This document shows positions 56,405 to 64,000 of a stretch of DNA of 64,000 bases, in pieces; the first letter of the stretch is position 1, and each line of letters starts with the position of its first letter. Both the position numbers and the translations under genes were made by a program. The notes under the pieces were generated by a model. That model had not been told where the DNA came from. It did no database searches and was given only the letters and a program-made list of their open reading frames with translations. The stretch comes from the human T2T-CHM13v2.0 reference genome, Homo sapiens: NCBI RefSeq assembly GCF_009914755.1, contig NC_060932.1; one strand, 5' to 3'.

Positions 56405-57722
56405 GCATTTATAAAATCAGACTTATTAAAGTATAATTTACAAACAATAAAATGCACCACTATTAAGTGTGCGATTTGATCACTTTTGAGAAGCATATGC
56501 AGGTGTGTAATGACCACAACTACTGCGATATGGAACATTTCCATCCACCAGTAGGTTTCCTCAAGCCCCTTTACAGTCAGTCCTCTCTCCCACATGCCCT
56601 TGCCCCTTGCAACCACTGATCTGCTCTTTACCATTATAACTTTATTGTTTCTAGAATCTCATATACATAGAATCACTCCCACTTAGCATAATGCTCTTGA
56701 GATTCAGCAATGTCCACGGTTTTTATTGCTAGCTAGCTTCCATTATGTGGATAGATAACAGTTTATTTACCAGTTGATGAACTTTCGGATTTTTTTGCAG
56801 TTTTGGACTCTTGTGCATAAAACTTCTACGAACATTGAAATACAAGTCCTTCTTTGGGCATACACTTTCATTTCCCCTGGAAAATGCCTAGGAGTGAACA
56901 GGTTGGGTCATATGATAAACGTTTGTTTAATTTAGAAACTGTCAAACAGTTTTCTAAAAGGTACCACTTTCCATCCCTGCAAGAAGTTCGTGAAAGTTCT
57001 GTGTGCTCTGCAACCTCCCCAGCACTCGATATTCTCAATCTTTGAAGTTTTAGTCATTCTAAAGCATAGCGGTATCTCATTTTGCTTTTGGTTTGTATTT
57101 TCTTCTGGATAGCTAATGATGCTGAACAGTTTTTAAATACGCTTATTGGCTCTTCTTGTATCTTCTTTTGTCAAGTGTCCAAATCTTCTGCCCACATTTC
57201 ATTGCATTTTTCTCTTATTATTGAGTTTTAAGATGATTGTTCTATAAAGAAACCTCTAGAATCTACCTAAATCACCTCCTTGAACTAATAATGGATTTAG
57301 CGTGCTTACAAGATACAAGAACAACACACAATTTTTTATACTTTAGTGAACTGTTGAAAATAAAAACTAAAAGCACAATATTTGCCTGGCAAGGTAGCTC
57401 ACTCCTGTAATCCCAGCACTTTGGGAGGCCAAAGGAGAAGGATCAATTTGAGGCCATGAGTTTGAGACCAGCCTGAGCAACATAGTGACACGCCGTCTCT
57501 ACAGAAAAGTTTTAAAAATAGCCAGGCAAAGTGGCATGCACCTGTACTCCTAGCTGCTCAGGAAGCTGAGGTGGGAGCATCACTTGTGTCCAGAAATTTG
57601 GGGTTACAGTGAGCTGATTGCACCACTGCACTCCAACGTAGACAACAGAAAGAGACCCTGTCTCAAAAGAAAAAAAAAGCACAATACCGTGTACAGTCAC
57701 TTTTTAAAAGATTAAAATACTG
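56405..57722 (-). mobile_element. Old L1 (L1MB/ME) antisense 3' end to ~57240, then a sense ORF2 piece interrupted by an Alu
   Basis: 'aaaatgcaccactattaagtgtgcgatttgatcactttt...' then a switch to sense 'ttgaactaataatggatttagc...aagatacaaga'. Confidence 0.6.
57384..57678 (+). mobile_element. AluJ
   Basis: Diverged dimer, TSD aaaagcacaata. Confidence 0.9.
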
Positions 57723-58631
57723 AGGACATCAACAAAATGGGAGACCAGGAAGCTCCAGGCCCTTATTCTCCCATAAAATGTCAAATAAACAACTACAGAC
57801 TGACTAAAATCACTTTATAGGAGCTCTAGAAACCAACCAAAGATCTGTAGCAACCAAGCGAATGCCAATCAGGAAAAAGCCACACTCAGAACGGTAGGAA
57901 ATTCAGTGTTGTTTTTACTTGCCCATGCCTCACCCATGCAGTGAAGGCCAGAGGAACAGGACCAATTTTTGACTCTGTCCCTTGGGCCAGAAAGAGCAGG
58001 GTGGAAATTGTTTGTATAATTCTCGCCTATCTGTGGGATGTCCAAGAAACCAGCATCTGTCTCTCCTGCCTCAGATGGAAGGGTAGCATAGTTTGGAGCT
58101 TAGGCTGGAAGCATCAGAAGGAAGTGGGGTGTACCATGATGTGTGAAAACTGTAGGGGGACTGTAGATCTGAAGACAACTGTGAGCAAGAGATGATGGGC
58201 AGAGGAATACAATAGGCCATCTAAGGCTCTGAGAAGAAGCTGAGGTGGGACGCTTTGGAAAATTAAGACATTTGAAAGCAGCCAGAAGAAATGGGGAAAT
58301 ACACACACATAGGCCCAGGTAGGATGCATGCCCAGAAGACCTGAGCAGCCCTTAAGCCTTTACCCTGGGCTGATCTCTAGGTTCAGGGGCTTGAGAGTAA
58401 ATAACTCTAGTCTTCAACAAGTGGAAGAGGTGTGCTTCAAACGTCCATCTGATTACAAGGCATACAGAGACACAGGCAAACATGGCCTATTCAAAGGAAC
58501 AAAATAAACCTCCAGAAATAGTCACTGAGGAAACACACAGAGTACTTACTAGAAAAAGGCTTTAAATGACCATCTTAAAAGTGCTGAAAGAGTTAAAGCA
58601 TGGGCAAAAAACTAAAGGAAATCAGGAAAAC

Positions 58632-58754
58632 TATATATATAGCTATATATAGTTATATATATAGTAATATATATATAGTGGTGAAAATAAAAATTAAAAA
58701 GCACAATACTTGCCAGGCAAGGTAGTATATATATATATAGAGAGAGAGAGAGAG

Positions 58755-58790
<36 letters not shown>

Positions 58791-58893
58791 TATATATATA
58801 TATATATATATACACATACACACACACACTATATATATAGAGAATATATACATACTATATATAGAGAGAATATATATATATACTATATATATA
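58632..58893. repeat. Complex (TA)n/(GA)n/(CA)n microsatellite inside L1 ORF1
   Basis: Direct inspection. Confidence 0.95.
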
Positions 58894-59797
58894 AACAAAA
58901 TTAGAATATAAACAGGGAGATAGAAATTATATATTTAAAAAAGAATTAAATTCAGGAGCTGAAAAATACTTAAGGGAATTCAAAAATTCACCAAAGAGGC
59001 TTAACTGTAGCCTAGAACACAGGGGAAAGAAAGCAGACATTGAGTTTGAACACCAGTTATTTGAAATTATCAAGTCTGAAAACAAAAAGGAAAGAAAAAA
59101 GATGATAAAAAATAAAAAAATGAGCCTAAGGGACTTAAGGGACCTGAAGAAGTAGACCAATATACACATTATAGGAATTCAAAATGGAGAAGAGAGAAGG
59201 GGATAGATTATTTGAAGAAATAATGGCTGAAAACTTCCCAATTTTAAGGTAATACATGGAGATAAAAATCCAAGAAGCTCAAAGATTTTCAAGTAGGATA
59301 AACCCAAAGAGACCCACACCAGGATACATTATAATCAAACTGTTAAAAGTCAACAAATTTTGAAAGCAGCAAGAGAGCAATAACTTATAATGTACAAGGG
59401 ATCCTCAATAAGACTACCTGTGGATTTCTTAGTGAAAAAAACCTTACAAGCCAAAAGGCAGTGGGATTATATATTTTAAGTTATGAAGTGGTGGGGGGAA
59501 CTTATCAACTAAGAATTTAATCTCTCGCAAAACTATCCTTCAAAAATGCAGGTGAAATTAAAACATTTCTTGATAAACAAAAGCTGAGGGAGTTTATTAC
59601 CACTAGACCTACCCTACAATAAACACTAAAGGGAGTCCTACAAGTTGAAATATAAGGATGCTAGACAGTAACTTGAAGCCATATGAAGTATAAAGTATAA
59701 GGGTAATACATGGAAAAATATAAAAAAGTTTAAATTATTTTAATTTTGGTTTTTAATTCTTTTTATTTTTTACAGGATTTGTAAGGCAACTTTATTA

Positions 59798-60197
<400 letters not shown>

Positions 60198-60312
60198 CTA
60201 TAAAGGAGTAGAGTTTTTTTAATGTTACCGAAGTCAAGTTGGTATCAATTTAAGGTGCCATAACTCTAAATGTTATATTTAATGTCCACAATAACCACAA
60301 AGAAAATATCTA

Positions 60313-60613
<301 letters not shown>

Positions 60614-62355
60614 TCAACTAAACACAAAGTAAAGCAGTAATGGAAACGTGAGGGGCAAGAAAGCTGTAAGATATACAGAAAACAACAAAATGTCGAAAGT
60701 AGTGCTTTCTTATCACAAATTGCTTTAAATGTAAATGGATTAAATTCTCTAATCAAAAGACATAGAATGGCAGAATGGATTTTAAAAAAATAGAATCCAA
60801 CTATGTGCTGTCCTCAAGAGGCACACTTTAGATCTCATGACAGAGACTGAATGTAAAAGGATGGAAAATGATATTCCATGCAAATAGCCAAAAGAGGGGA
60901 AAAGTTGGCTATAATTTTAAATACAATAGACCTTAAGTCAAGACACTGTTACATGAGACAAATAGGGACATTAAATAATAAAAGGGTCAGTTCACTAAAA
61001 AGATAGCAAAAACATAAAAAGTTAAATTATGTTTTTGGATTATGTTCTTAGATTATGTTCAGTTAGAACATAGGAAGTTCTAATGTTTGTACACAAACAT
61101 TAGACCTCCAAATATATATGAAGCAAACATTGACAGAATTGAATGGAGAAATAGCCCTGCAATAATAGTAGGAAAATTCAGTACCCACTTTCAATAATGT
61201 ATAGAATATTGAAGATCAGTAAGGAAACAGATGACTTGAACAACAGTATAGACCAATTAGACATGAAAGACATATACAGATCACTCCATCCAACAACAGC
61301 AAACAGATTTTCCTCAAGTATGTATGGAACATTCTCCAGGAAAGACCGTATTTTAAGCCACATAACAAGCCTTAATGAATTTTCAAAGATTGAAATTATA
61401 CAAAGTATTTTTTCTGAACACAGTGGAGTGAAACTAGGCAACAACTGCAAAAGGAAAACTGAAAAATTCACAAATTTGGGGAAATTAAACAACACATTCT
61501 TAAATGACTATTGGGTCAAAGAGGGAACACAAGGGAAACTATGAAAGATCTTAAGACAAAGATGAAAATACAACAACAAAAACTTACACAGTAAAAACAG
61601 TATTAAGAGGGAAATTGATGGTATAAATGCTTACACTAAAAAAGAAGAAAGGTCTCAGATCAGCAACCTAATTCTACACCTTACAGATCTAGAAAAAGGA
61701 GAGCAAACAAAACCCAAAATAAGAAGAAAGAAGAAAATAAAAAAGACTGGAACAGATACAAATAAAATAGAGAATAGAAAAACAGTAGATAAAATCAACA
61801 AAACCAGGTGTTGGTTCTTAGAAAAGGTCAATAAAATTGACAAACCTTTAGGTAGATTGACTAAGGAAAAAGAGAAAACACAAATCAGAAATGAAAGCAG
61901 GGACGTTCCACCAATTTTACAGAAATAAAAAAGGTTTATAAGAGAATAGTATGAACAAATGTATGGCAACAAAATGAATAACCAAGATGAAAAGGCACAA
62001 TTCCTAGAAATACACAGCCTACCAGTACTGAATATGAAGAAATAGGAAATTTGAATAGAGCTACAACTAGTAAGGAGATTGATTTCATAACCAAACACCT
62101 CCCAATAAAGCCTGGGATCAGATGGCTTCACAGATGAATTCTGCAAGGTATTTAAAGAAGAATTAACACCAATTCTTCTGAAACTCCTCTGAAGGTTGAA
62201 AAGGGGGAAACACTTCCAAATTCATTCTATGAGTTTGGCGTTGCCTGATACCGAAGCCAGATTAGAACATAAAAAACTACACAATTGCATCCCCTTTGAA
62301 TATAGATTTTAAAATGCTCAACTAGCAAACAAAATTCACCAGAATTTAAAATACT

Positions 62356-62540
62356 GCTGGGTATGATGTCACATGTCTGTACTGTAGTCCCTAGCTACTT
62401 GAGAGGCTGAGATGGGAGGATTCCTTGAGTCTAGGAATTTGACACTGTAGTGTGCGATGATCACACCTGTGAATAGCCACCATACCCCAGCTTGGGCAAC
62501 AACATAGTGAGACCTCATCTCTAAAAAATAAAAAATAAAA
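62356..62540 (+). mobile_element. FAM / fossil Alu monomer
   Basis: 7SL-like 'cctgtgaatagccac' segment, monomer length, TSD aaaatact. Confidence 0.75.
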
Positions 62541-62671
62541 TACTAGCAGACTGAATTCAACAGGCTATTACAAGGATTCTACACCATGATCAGGTATGAT
62601 TTATTCCTGAAATACAAAGAATGTTCAACATGTAAAAATCAAGGTAATTCACACATTAAAAGAATTAAGGA

Positions 62672-62972
<301 letters not shown>

Positions 62973-64000
62973 GAAGGAGAAAAATGTAATCATCTCAACT
63001 GATGCAGAAAGAGCATCTGATACAAATCAACATTCTTGATTTAAAAACAATTAACTGGAAATAAAAGGAAACTACCTTAATATACTAAAAGCCAAATATT
63101 TATATAAGCCCCATAGCCAACATCATACTCAGTGGTAAGAGACTAAAAGCTTTTTCTCTAAAATCAGGAGCAAGACAAGGATGACCACGCTCACCTCTTC
63201 TACTCAACATAGTACTATAAGTTGTACCCAGAGCAATTAGGCAAGAATTGGGGGAATAGAAAGCATTCAAATAGGAAAGGAAGACATAAAGCTATCTCTA
63301 TTCACAGGTGACATGACCTTATAGTGTAGAAACCCCTAAAGATTACACACACATACACACAATAAGAAATCTTCTGCAACTAAGAATTCAGCAAAGTTGT
63401 AGGACACAAAATCGACATGCAAAAATCAGTTGCATTTCTATTCACTAACAAGCAACAACCTGGAGAAGAAATTTAAAAAATTTCCCTTTACAGTAGCATC
63501 AAAGGGGTAAAATACTTAGGAATAAACTTAACCATGTAGATGAAAGACTTGCACAATGGAATCTACAAAATGTTACTGGAGAAAATTAAACACACAAATG
63601 CATGGAAAGACATCCCACATTCATGGCCTGGAAGACGATATTGTTAAGCTGTCACTACTACCCAAAGCAATCTACAGATTCAATGCAGTCCCTGTCAAAA
63701 TCCCAATGTCAGTTTTTTATAGAGATAGAAAAATCCATGCTGAAATTTTTATGGGACGTCAACAGTCCTTGAATAGCTAAAACAATCTTGAAAAAGGAGA
63801 ACAAAATTAGAGGTCTTACACATTCTTTTCAAAATGTACTACAAGCTATGGTGATCAAAACAATGTGGAAATGGCTCGAAGAGAGACATAGAGCCCAATG
63901 GTATAGGAATAGTCCATAAAGAAATCCTTACATTTATGGTCAAATGATTTTCAACAAGGGTGCCAAGATGGTTCTATGGAGAAAGGACAGTCTTTTCAAC

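Overview
Human (primate) genomic DNA from the PINX1 locus (8p23.1), with PINX1 running on the + strand. Bases 1-45172 are the 3' part of PINX1's long last intron. 45173-45688 is the coding part of the terminal exon (171 aa, GDASPST...KKKKKKDSK), followed by a short 3'UTR with AATAAA at 45907. The remaining ~18 kb is repeat-rich downstream DNA ending in a large decayed L1. No other protein-coding gene is supported; the other ORFs are Alu, L1, VNTR or chance ORFs. The more interesting structure is: a dual-frame terminal exon; three GC-rich minisatellites (40, 39 and 13 bp units); a target site present three times after a twin-primed L1 and then an Alu hit the same spot; a THE1 LTR inserted inside an Alu; and a 46-bp templated copy of an Alu junction captured inside a (TA)n expansion. 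I found no credible evidence of a wholly new biological system. Repeat subfamily calls are by-eye pattern recognition, not database searches.
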